A stretch of DNA of 64,000 bases from Negaprion brevirostris (GCA_030324005.1 JARDVH010000149.1:7186361-7250360), one strand, 5' to 3'; shown: positions 51,500 to 62,767, counted from the first letter of the stretch. Translations and numbers: made by a program. The notes: generated from the letters alone by a model not told the origin.

Positions 51500-52096
51500 A
51501 TTGAAAGGTGCCAAGTTTAACTTATGGGGGAGATTGACTGCATAATGGGAAAAATCAATCAGGTTTCCTACTTGATGGTTTGTGACATTTTAAATGGTAG
51601 GCCATTTTAAAAATATACTTTCATGGGATTTGGGTATCACTGGCCATCCCTAATTTCCCATGAACTGAGTGGTTTGCCATATAGATATTAATATGTAATG
51701 TTTCCTTTATTGGGATATGGGAAATCCAGCGTTCATTGCTCTGAGGAGACTGAATCAAGCTAGTAATTATAGTACTGAGGTCATGCATTAATACCCCACA
51801 GTAGCAAGTTGTGAAACCTGGTACTTTGTAAGCAAACGTCAGAAAATGAAAACCCAAGCAGTTCATTAATCCCCCTCAGGAAAGGACATCTTTCTATCTA
51901 GTCTGGCTTAATGTGAATCCAATGCCGTGGTACCTGGTTGACTTTTGATCCTCTCAGGGCAACAATTACTGCTGTTCCACATTCCTAGAACAAAATAAAA
52001 TGTTTCTATCACTTTTTTCTTTGCATCCTTTTGGAATTATCAGCGGTCTCCGGATGATCTCTCGACAACCTTGGGCGACACGGTGGCACGATGGTT

Positions 52097-52568
52097 AGAA
52101 CGTAAGAAATAGGAGCAGGAGTAGACCATCTAGCCCTTCGAGCCTGCCCCGCCATTTGATAAGATCATGGCTGATCTAATAGTGGTTCAGTTCCACTTAC
52201 CCACCTCCTCCCCACAACCCTTAATTCCCTTTATTGGTCAAAAATCTATCTATCTGTGACTTAAACACATTTAACGAGGTAGCCTCCACTGCTTCAATGG
52301 GCAGAGAATTCCAANNNNNNNNNNNNNNNNNNNNNNNNNNNNNNNNNNNNNNNNNNNNNNNNNNNNNNNNNNNNNNNNNNNNNNNNNNNNNNNNNNNNNN
52401 NNNNNNNNNNNNNNCAATCCTCCACAACCACTCTCTGGCTTCTTCCATTGAGCCAATGTCTAATCCAATTTACTACCTCCCCATGTATACCTAGCGACTG
52501 AACCTTCCTAACTAACCTCCCATGCGGGACCTTGTCAAAGGCCTTACTGAAATCTAGATTGGCATCCA
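52097..52568 (-). mobile_element. CR1 fragments on both sides of a gap; the tail abuts a V-SINE head at 52073-52097
   Basis: WNSLPIEAVEATSLNVFKSQIDRFL; LDFSKAFDKVPHGRLVRKVQSLGIHGEVVNWIRHWLNGRSQRVVV. Confidence 0.85.
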
Positions 52569-53039
52569 ATGAGAAATATGTTGAAACTGCTCAGTCGGAG
52601 TCATTGGAGAGATGAACATTTCATCTGAGCTGGATTCAGTGCAAGCCCTAGCAGTGAGAAAAGAGCAGATTTGGAATGGTTCATTGCCTCATTGCTGTTA
52701 ACAATGTTAAATCATGTGATTATCAGCAGCTTTTTTTGCTAATTGGTGGTTGCAAAAGTTCTTGCACGTGTTTTAAGTCTTTGGCAAAGTAAAGCTTTGA
52801 GACCATATTTAGAAGGAATTCTTTATAGTTTTGTATTTCACAAGTAAAATCTTCCAAAGCTGTAACATTGTAGGAAGAACCACTGTATTAAATCATGCTT
52901 TTAGTGTAGTGAGATCCCAAGGTGATTCTCAGTTACGGAGCAGCTGACAGGGACACCTAGAATCTGAATGTTCCAGTGCAGTAACATTGACATTTCTCCA
53001 TGTTACTCACCTGGCGGAATCCTTAACACTCTTTTTCAA

Positions 53040-53640
53040 CAGTTGTAACTTGTATAGCATTTATTAACATAATAAAATACCCCAAGGCACTTCACAGGAG
53101 CATTGTAAAAGAAAGTATGACAGGAGATATTTCTTAGGACAGTTGACCAAATGCTTGGTCAAAGAGAGTTTTTGAGGAGTCTGAGAGACAGGCGTGCAGG
53201 CAGGATATTCCAGAGCTTGGGGTCCAGCAAACAGAAGGCACGGCCACCAAAGATGAAGCAATTAAAATCGAGGATGCTCAAGAAGCCAGAACCAGAGCGT
53301 AGGTGTGCGTGTGTGGGGCTGAAGGAAATTAGAGATGGGGAGGAACAAGACCATGGAGGGATTTAAAAACAAGACTGAAAATTTTAAAATCAAGATGTTT
53401 ATCCCAGAGCTGGCCATCAAGCACATAGACAGAACAGGGCTTGATGCCTATTAAGACATAAGCAGCCAAGTTTTGAATAGCCTCAAATTTTTTGCGGTAA
53501 ATATGGGGCAACATAGTCAAATCTAGAGGTTACAACTGCATAAACGAGAGTTCCTTCAGCAGATGAGCAGAGACTGGGTTAAGTTGGCATGTTCTGGCGG
53601 TGGCAATAGACAATCTTAGCGATGACGTAAATATGCAATT
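53040..53640 (-). mobile_element. L2-type LINE 3' fragment
   Basis: KFEAIQNLAAYVL..HLDFKIFSLVFKSLHGLVPPHL; tail gtgaagtgccttgggg. Confidence 0.8.
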
Positions 53641-55065
53641 CAACAATTCTCTGAGGACTTTTTTATATTCTCTTCCTCAGCCGTATAGTCTTGCTGTGGA
53701 CATTCTGTTGGGCCCAGCAATGCTATTCACTTCCATAAACCAGTCTGACTGTCTGTCTGCTTGATATCTAACAATAACGTGACATTTGGGTGTGATAATA
53801 GCACTTTGCTGCAATTGGAATCAGATATTTGAGGCTTTCACATATGCCCCTAATGGATATATCTAGATGTTTTGAAAGCAAACTTAAGGGAATACCTGCT
53901 GAGTGGGGACCAGGTATAAATTCTAAGCTTGTGATATTTCATAGGTGAATGTACACTGCAAGATGATGTGACATGCTTGATTTAATGAGTACAACTTTTT
54001 CTTGTGTAATAATTCCCAAAAAATAAACATATTTTGTTTGTTAAAAGCCTAATTCACTTTCCATCGTTTACTGGATCTGGCTGATTGCCCATGTATGTAC
54101 TTCTGTTATTTAAAAACCTACTCTGTTCATAGATTGGACAAGAGATTTCCTGACAGTGTGGTATAAGGTGGTTTTCAATTATCAAGGCAAGCTTAAAAAA
54201 TGAAAAATGACTTCTAATGTTTTTCATCTTTTGTCTTGTCCTTTTTTCCTAAGCTTGTTTGAAAGCACTCTTTTAAACATTGAGTTCTTGATGTCTGTGT
54301 GGCAAAGAAATCTCAAACCTGGTATTTCCTCTTTAATTATTTTATAATTGCCTTGGAATGGCACCTTGTTTCCATCTTGTCCACTAATGGAAACAATCCG
54401 ATTACTAGTTGGCTCATCATAATCCTTCATAATCTTAAACTGTTTTTAGTGGGGGGGAAAAAATCCTTAATTTGTCAACTTGCTTGCTTCACAGTTGTGA
54501 ACGATTGTGGACTCCTCATCCTTAGTAATCACTTGCTGCACCTTTCCCATCTGCTTTCTTTTTGGCCCTTCAGTGGATTTATCGAATCTCGCAGAGTGCT
54601 GTAGCTACAGCCCCGTAAAGGGGCAGAGAGAAAACTTTGTCGTAGTCCTATTGTCTAGATTTGTCCATTTTAAAAGCAAAATATTATGAATGCTGGAAAT
54701 ACTCAGTAGATCTGGCGTGGGTTTCCTCCAGGTGCTCTGGTTTCCCTCTGCAATAAAAAGTCTGACAACACCAGGTTTTAGTCCAACTGACTTATTTGAT
54801 AGTAAACTCACTGATAGTAAACTTCCCTCTGNNNNNNNNNNNNNNNNNNNNNNNNNNNNNNNNNNNNNNNNNNNNNNNNNNNNNNNNNNNNNNNNNNNNN
54901 NNNNNNNNNNNNNNNNNNNNNNNNNNNNNNNTTTTGGACCATTTCGTAAATGCACAACTTTGGAGTGACACCCATGGAATCAGAAATGGTAACATTTTAT
55001 AGAGAAACGTGCAATTGCATCGTTACCCCGGGTCAAGTTACAATGGGCACTAAGCTGTTATTCCC

Positions 55066-55386
55066 AGCACGGTGGCACAGTGATTAGCACTATTGCCTCA
55101 CTGCATCAGGGAGCCCGGTTCAATTCCTGACTTGGGTCACTGCCTGTGTAGAGTGTGCACTTTCTTCCTGTGTCTGTGTGGGTTTTTCTCCGGGTGCTCT
55201 GGTTTCCCCCCACAGTCCAAAGATGTGCAGATTAGGTTGATTGGCCATGTTAAATTGACCCTAGTGTCAGGGGAATTAGTGGGGTAAATGTGTGGAGTTA
55301 CAAGAATAGGGCCTGGATGGGACTGTGGTCAGTACAGACTCAATAGGTCAAATGGCAGCCTCCTACACTTGTGGAGATTCTGTGAT
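55066..55386 (+). mobile_element. V-SINE, tail A
   Basis: cagcacggtggcacagtgattagcac..ggttcaattcc..V-domain..ggagattctgtga. Confidence 0.9.
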
Positions 55387-56157
55387 CTGGCAACATGTGT
55401 GGAGAGAGAAACTGAGTTACGGTTTCAGGTCCATGACCTTTTATCTATGTTTTGATCTTCTGATTGTGCAGTGGTAGGCGATATGGGTTATCCACAGCTC
55501 GAGTGAAATAGATTGCTGCCCAAGTACAATCATTGATTTAATGCTTGTCTATAGAGTTCAAACATGGTGTGAATTCTTCCACTTGCCAGTTTCCTTTCAT
55601 TTGCGGAGCTGCTTCATAGAGGCCTGGCATGTTAATTATATGTGAAGAAAACAGCAATGGGATGGCATTAACTGCAATGCATGGCAGCTTTTATAAAATA
55701 GTGACTTGTTTTATTTAAGCCTACTAATCATAAATCACTAATCAGTAACACCTTGTTATAAATTTCTGCTTCAGCATAGTGTAATTAGCGCAGCTGGAAG
55801 ACGTGATTTTTTAAAATTTAAATTCAGCATGCCAACGTGTTAATTTGGGCTGTTTTGTGTTCTGCTTTGTGATACTTGCACTGCAGATTAAATTGAAACT
55901 TGGCTCAGCCAGCTTGTGAGACTCTTTCCCAGCATTGCTGACCACTGCATAGTTTGAGGAAAGAAAAGGCACTGAAGGGGAAATGGTATTTTTAACATGT
56001 CTTCGGTCGTAAATCTGCAAACTGGCAGAAACAGTAATCTGTTTGGAGCACAAAGGGGGAAATAAGTACATGGCACATGTCCCAGCTAAACTCTGTTTTC
56101 ACAACATTCAATGCAAAATAAATGGGCACTCTATCCTGATGTTCTCATGTCGAGTAA

Positions 56158-56326
56158 TGCTGACTCAGGAACTGATTTGCTAATAAAATACCAAGCTGTG
56201 CCACCATAAATGGTAATGAAGCAATGAAAGTGACAGAATCTGATTCACTGAAGCTAGTCACTAATTGACTTTTTATGGTATTGACTCAATTTGGAGCTAA
56301 CTTTAGGAAACCAGTCTCATGAGTCA
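56158..56326. promoter_or_regulatory. Candidate enhancer: cluster of AP-1 motifs, one extended to an ARE/MARE
   Basis: tgcTGACTCAg at 56158-56168, TGACTCA at 56282, TGAGTCA at 56320, near-site TGATTCA at 56241, all in non-repeat sequence. Confidence 0.35.
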
Positions 56327-56550
56327 TGCAAGATATACTGTATTAGGCTAAAAAAGCATTGATTTTTTTTTGTATATATTGATGAGCGAGCAATGTTGGG
56401 ATTTTTTTTTTGTTGCAGGCTTTCATGCTACACTGATGGTATGTATACCAGACATTACATGAGCAAGGGGTGTGCAGAAGCAAGATGGGGAGGGGGAACA
56501 GTGGCTGAAACTTGATGGTTTTGGTTGTCTTTAGGCTTGTGTGATCCTGC

Positions 56551-56891
56551 AGAATCATAGAATCCCTACGGCGCAGGAAGCGGCCGTCTGGCCCATCAGA
56601 TCTGCACTGAGTGTCCAACAGAGCATCTTACCCAGGGCCTATCCCCATAACCCCACATATTTACCTTGCTAATTCCCCTAAACTAGATCCTTGTAACACT
56701 CGGACAATTTAGAATGGCCAATCCACCTAACCTGCACGTCTTGGAGTATGGGAAGAAACCAGAGCACCCGGAGGAAACCCACACAGACGCAGAGAGAACG
56801 TGCCAAAAACTCCACACTNNNNNNNNNNGAGGTAGGAATTAAACCTGGGTCCCTGGTGCTGAGAGGCAGCAGCGCTAGCCACTGTGCTGCC
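56551..56891 (-). mobile_element. V-SINE, tail A
   Basis: atcatagaatccctac..ggcccatc..gagcacccggaggaaacccacacagac..ctgggtccctggtgctgagaggcagcagcgctagccactgtgctgcc. Confidence 0.9.
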
Positions 56892-57427
56892 TAGTTGAGA
56901 GATAATAGATAACATAGGTAATTCTCTTGCTAGAAATATTCAGGATGGAGACTTTTCCATTCTGTTGCACTGAACATGGGCATTATTTTTCTTTGCGAAG
57001 CTTATTAAAACTGACTACTTCCATTTTCGTTTTGTACTTGATTCCTCAGAAATCATCGTGAGATCAAAATAACTAACAGCAAATGCTTCACAGATTGATT
57101 TTGAGACTAAATTTGAAGCTTTGTCATGTGCCCTCATTATTTTCGTCTCTTGATTATTCATGTTGACAAGTATCACTGGTTTCCATCCAATTAAAAATTA
57201 ACTATAGCATAATACAGATCTGTTTCACTGCTAAGATCAGGTGACCTGAACCTGTTCTGGTTAAAACTAGATTGGCTATTTGGATATAAAATAAGTTAAA
57301 ATTTAATACAAAGATGAACTTAATTAGGAGCTGCAGTGCTGTTGCATTTTTTTTTAATGGACTGTTGCAGAACTATAATTGCAAAATCCTTGGTAAGATT
57401 TGGTTTGCATTTAGCTGAATAGGAAAG

Positions 57428-57840
57428 GAAAAAGAGAAACTTGCATTTATATAGCATCTTTTGACATCCCAAAATGCTTCACACCCAATGTAGTTATTGT
57501 TATGTGAATAATGCAGCAGCCAATTTGCCACTTATGGGAACTTGCTGGTTGGTGGCCAGGTAATGTCGATTTGTGACATTGTTCAAGGGATAAATATTGA
57601 CCTGAAAACTGGAGGTGACACTCATGCTTCTTTTCATTCTACTACCATGGGCTTTTTAGCATCCATTTGAGTGGGTAGCTGTGCCTTGGTTTATCATCAC
57701 CTCTGAAAGACTGTACTGTGAGTAGCATTCCCTCAGTACTGCATTGGAGAGTCTACCTTGAATTTTATCCTGGAGTAGATTTTGACCCCCATAGCCTTTT
57801 ATCTGAAGAGGCAAGAATAGCAGCACATAAAGCAGACTAG
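57428..57840 (-). mobile_element. Deu-domain SINE
   Basis: cttgcatttatatagca..gcagccaatttg..agggataaatattg..ccatggg..ccctcagtactgcattggag. Confidence 0.8.
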
Positions 57841-58812
57841 CAATGTGAACTTGATTTATGAGTCCTCAAAAGAGCAAGTACATTATTTCAGCAGATCTTT
57901 TATGAAGCCTCTGTCCCCCTGAAGAATTTTACTCCAGGAGACTGCTCCCATATTATTCAGCAGTGATCAATTTTATTTTACTTATGGATAAGATTACTAG
58001 AAGTCTGCAACCTTTTTAGGCTTGTGTTTTATTTCATTTATTTGTTGCAAAGTTCAGCGATGTTGGAAAAGCCACCTTTTGTATTCCGCTTCAACCATTG
58101 TGGTCTTTGATTCCATTCCATTCTGTTATGATGGTTTACAATTGGAGTGCTTGCTCAACCACTGAAGACATTGAGTCACCCACCTAATGTGGCCTTGGAG
58201 GTGTGTAAATCAGCCAAAGGTAGAAATGATAGGTTCTCTCTTCTGTAGGATATCAGAGAACTGCCATGGGTAGTTGGGTTAATTTGCAAAGTGACCAGAT
58301 GACCATTTTCTAAGTGCTAGCCATACATGGCCAAATGTATTGAATTTCAAGTTGGGATTTGAGCTCCCTGCATCTGTCTTTTGAGTCCATTACCACTAAG
58401 CTGCTGTACTCTGCCCTGCGTCAGTATGACAAATGTTCTAACGTTCATGGCTTTGTTGTGATGATGCAGATTATTTTCTGTTTCAATAAAAGGAAACCTC
58501 AACTATTTGGCAGTGCAAACAACAATTTCTGAATTACAGCCATCGCCTTTCCAAAAGACATAGATTTCATAGGCCCAAGAGCAGAGTTTTCATGCCAATT
58601 AGAAACAATGTCCATGTTTCTTTTACTTACAAAAAATGCTTGGGCAATAAAATTTGGCCACCATTTCTCCAATCTCATCATCTCATTTACCTTGCATTGA
58701 GGCAGTACACAAAATGAAGCAGAAATATTTACTGGTGTAAATTGTTTAATGAATTTGATCATTAAAATCCAAACTCTGAAAACTTCCATGACCTCTGTCC
58801 AAAAAGCATTCT

Positions 58813-59108
58813 TACAGTGGCACAATGGTTAGCACTGCTGCCTCACAGCGTCAGGGATCCAGGTTCAATTCCAGCCTCAGCTGACTCTGGAGTTGGACGT
58901 TCCCTGCCGTGTGTTCCCTCAGAGTGCTCCGGTTCCCCCTCTCTGTTCAATGATGTGCAGGTTAGATGGATTGGCCATACTAAATTGTCTCTTAGTGTCC
59001 CAAAATGCCCAGATTAGGGGAATTAGCAGGATAAATATGTGGGATAATGGGATAGGACCTGCCAAAGAGTTGGTGCAGACTCGAGCTGCACTGTAGGGAC
59101 TCCATGAT
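58813..59108 (+). mobile_element. V-SINE, tail A
   Basis: gtggcacaatggttagcactgctgcctcacagcgtcagggatccaggttcaattcc..gcactgtagggactccatga. Confidence 0.88.
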
Positions 59109-59169
59109 ACTATTCAATTCCTCTCAAACCTAACAGTAACCAAAACAACCTGAGTTTCACTTTGTCAAT

Positions 59170-59325
59170 GGTTAGGTTGATTTGCCCCGGTAAATTGCCC
59201 CTTAATGTCAGGGGAACTAGCAAGGTAAATACATGGGATTACGGGGATAGGGCCTGATTGGGATTGTTGTCAGTGCAGGCTTGATGGGCCGAATGGCCGC
59301 CTTCTGCACTGTGGGGATTCTATTA
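59170..59325 (+). mobile_element. 5'-truncated V-SINE, tail A
   Basis: ggttaggttgatt..gatgggccgaatggccgccttctgcactgtggggattcta. Confidence 0.85.
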
Positions 59326-59649
59326 TGTTGTTGGTGACTAATAAAGAATTCCAGTGTCCAGTAAAAGTTCATTTTTTTACATGCTTTGCAATAACCTACT
59401 CTGTTAATGTGAGATTGAACCTGATGTGCTGACTTGCAAGCGCCCTTTAGATCTTGTGTCATTGGGATAACTTTTGTCTTGTGAGCTGATGCAGTGTGAT
59501 GCTTGTGGATTAATATGTTTCCTATCCATCTACAAGGTTGTTTTAATTCCAGAAGCAAGATTCTGTGGATCAATTTTGCTGGAAATTCTCAGCAGGTCAG
59601 GCAGTGTTTCTAATGAGAGAGAAATGGAATTGACATTTTTGGATCATTG

Positions 59650-59980
59650 ATCATGTTTAAAATTGAGGGGTTTGATGAAGTAGACAAGGAGAAACTATTT
59701 CCACTAATCTGTCACCAGATAACAAAGATTTAAAATAATTAGTAAACGAACCACAGGGGAGATGAGATTTTACTTTTCAATGTCAAGACTTGTGATTTGA
59801 ATGCACTGCGTGGAAGGATGGTGGAAGCAGTTTCAACAGTAATTTTGGTATATACTTGAAAAGGAAATATTTGCAGTATTATAAGCAAAGAATAAGAAGT
59901 TGAACTCATTGAATAGCTTTCTCAACAGTACAAGTATAATGGCCAAATGACCACCAGTCCGGTTCAGATTTTATGAATCA
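59650..59980 (+). mobile_element. Degenerate CR1 3' fragment
   Basis: gtagacaaggagaaactatttccac..gaatgcactg..ggaaggatggtggaagcag. Confidence 0.6.
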
Positions 59981-60890
59981 TAAACTTAAAAGTAAAATTT
60001 TAAATATTTTTAGCCTGAAATTCCAATGGTCCCTTTTAAGCTTTAAGTGATTTCATCAACGTTACAGTACTGCATAGTCACTGAATAGTTCGAATTATTG
60101 GCACATTTCCTACACTGAGCTTGCTGTCTAACATGACACATGACTGCTGTAGACTAGTGTTGGAATATTTAGGCAGACCACATACTGTATTTGCGTTAAT
60201 ACTGAAAAGGCTGTGGCATTCGTTCTCATTGATAGGTGGGTATGTCGGTCACTGTAACTAAGTTTTAACAGTGTTTAATGTAACAACCTGTAGTTTTAGC
60301 AGGGCTGAATACTTGGAATGATTGAAATGTTTTAGCATTGTGAATGGCTCTATTGACTAAACTGCAGTGGGAGCTCTTGGATACATAATTCAAAACGATC
60401 TCTGTTTCCCAGGCATTGCTCAACGGTGAGACAAAGCACACAGTGCTTACTGCCATCTTTGCAGTGAATCATCAAACTACAGCCTGTACCAAAGCAAAAC
60501 TTCACTTTAGCAACAAGATAACAGTACTGTGTTTGCAAGTCTCGTTTCTAAGCTGGTGGGCATTTAGGGCCGTCAGTCAAAAGCTCCATTCATTCAAGTG
60601 TGTAGCCTGAATGTTAATCGCTGTCCCTCCTATTCATTTACATTCAGTGCACAGCAGTACAGGGACTTGACTTGTACAGTCTGAGCTGGCTAAAGCAGAG
60701 ATTTGATCCTGCATTTTTTTTTAAACCAGGTAATTTGTGCTGACATTCTTAGCTTTAGTTTGGAAACAAATGTACACAATTTTGAGTTTTGCTTCTGGTT
60801 ATGGTTGCTTTACATTAGAATGTGGAATAGAGCCAACTCTGACCTGTTGACTTTTTTCTCCCTCCACCCTTTATATTTTGTTGTTTACAG

Positions 60891-60946
60891 CTGTGTTTCG
60901 ATGTTGTCACTGTGACTGTTGCAAGGACCAGCACTTCATCTTAGCC
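60891..60946 (+). other. NACC2: 5' part of the NACC2 exon upstream of the ATG (presumed 5'UTR), preceded by a splice acceptor
   Basis: Polypyrimidine tract cttttttctccctccaccctttatattttgttgtttacAG ends at 60890. Confidence 0.8.
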
Positions 60947-61802
60947 ATGGCTCAGATCCTTCATCTTGAGATTCCGAATTTTGGGAACAATGTCCTGGGA
61001 TGCTTGAATGAACAGCGTTTAATGGGGTTATTTTGTGATGTCTCTATCGTAGTCAAGGGCCAAGCCTTTAAGGCACACCGTGCTGTGCTGGCTGCCAACA
61101 GCCTCTATTTCCGGGACTTGTTTAGTGGCAACAGCAAAAGCGCATTTGAGTTGCCCTCCACTGTGCCGCCTGCCTGTTTCCAGCAGATCCTTTCCTTTTG
61201 TTACACTGGCAAGCTTACCATGGCAGCCAGCGAGCAGCTGGTGGTGATGTACACAGCGGGCTTCCTGCAAATACAGCGCATCGTCGAGAAAGGGACCGAA
61301 CTGATGTTCAAAGTGAGCTCCCCGCACTGTGACTCTCAGACGACCTCCATCGAAGACACTGGCTCCGCGCCGCAGAGTCCTTGCCCCCTCCAGCCACCTG
61401 CCACCCCAACAGTTGTGTCTCCAGCTTTACCCATTCCATTGCTTTCTCGGGTGAAGAGTGAGCACTGCGAGCAAGATCTGACGGTGCCTGGCATTCACGC
61501 CCTTGCAGCAAAGCGCTCGTTGGAGGCTAGTCAGCGTGAGAGCACCAGCCACCTAAACTGTGTAACACCTCTGAAGTTGCCCAGAGTTTCCTATCCTGGA
61601 TCCTGGGGCGCCACGCCTTTTGTGCAGCCAGTAACCTATGTCCAGACAGAGCGCACAAGTCCAGGTGGCAGCAGTAATCAGACCACAGACAGTCCAACTT
61701 CGTACCATAATGAGGAAGAGGATGATGATGATGAAGCGTATGAGACGATGGCAGAAGATCAATATAGTCAGATGTACATCAAGGCATCAGCAGGATACCC
61801 TG
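60947..61802 (+). CDS. NACC2: NACC2 (nucleus accumbens-associated protein 2, BTB/POZ-BEN family), first coding exon; partial CDS continuing beyond the window
   Basis: Translation [70 protein letters not shown]...[11 protein letters not shown]...PLKLPRVSY...ERTSPG...[40 protein letters not shown] closely matches vertebrate NACC2 as I recall it, more than NACC1. Strong Kozak gccATGg at 60947. Donor G|gtaaga after 61802 (phase 1). Confidence 0.95.
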
Positions 61803-61924
61803 GTAAGAGATGCTGACTTGTGTGTCAATCCAGTACTAACTATGCTTTTATTTCCCTTAATTAGTTATCTCCAGCCTTCCTTCCCGGAATTTGTCTGATA
61901 CCTTGGTAGAAATGTGGTTGGGGG

Positions 61925-62239
61925 GTGGGGGTACAGTGGTTAGCTCTGCTGCCTCAGTGCTATGGACTCTGGTTCGATTCTGGCTTTGGGTGACTATGCA
62001 AACTCCACACAAACATTCTCCCCATGTCTATGGGATTCCTTGGTGCACCAGTTTTCTCCCACGGTCCAAAGATGTGCAGATTAGGTGAATTGACCGTGCT
62101 AAATTGCCCCTCAGTGTCCCAAGATATGAGGATTAGGGGGATTAGTGGAATAAATGTGGGGCATGGGGTGGGCGTAGATGAGATGCTTTGTTGGAGAGCC
62201 AGTCAAATGGTCGTCTTCTGCACTGTGGTGATTCTATGA
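61925..62239 (+). mobile_element. V-SINE, tail A, ~120 bp into the downstream intron
   Basis: gtacagtggttagctctgctgcctca..ggttcgattc..caaagatgtgcagattagg..cttctgcactgtggtgattctatga. Confidence 0.85.
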
Positions 62240-62767
62240 GTGGAGTTCTAGCAATATGTGTAGAGCTGCAGTCTGAGGTAAAAGTTCCCTGGGCCATAAT
62301 ATCTAAACCACTGCTCCAAAAATAATCCAATTAAAAATTGGTTGTGGGAGAATATAATAAGCAATTCAGACAAGTGTTATTACAGTTGCGAAATCTCCCA
62401 GATTTGTATAGAGCAGTGTTCATGACTGGGAACAGAAAAACAGTGTCTGTGTTCTAAAAACGATATCATTTCTGTTCCAAACAACTGCAGCTCCATTAAT
62501 TTAATATCAATAAGGCTGAAGTCAGTGAATCCATTATGAGAGTCTGCACAGTAGCAATAACTTAATAAGCAGTGAACATGGATTTAGAAAGGGAAGATTT
62601 TGATTGACAAACCACCTCAATTTCCTTCAGATGATTACAGATAAATAGTAGTGCTCACCATAATGTAGTTTATTTGGATTTCCAGAAAGCATGACATGAA
62701 AGACATAATTAAACTGAAGACCTTGCAGATCTACAGACAAACAAGGAACTAATTTAAGAAAGAAATA

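Noticed and set aside
49998-52491. ~75-bp near-identical match between 49998-50072 and 52415-52491
   Set aside because: Both are the same CR1 RT segment, one beside a gap: explained by two family copies or local misassembly
60878-60890. ORF-track start at 60878 as the NACC2 start
   Set aside because: It is a TTG inside the intron's polypyrimidine tract; the homologous Met with a strong Kozak context is at 60947
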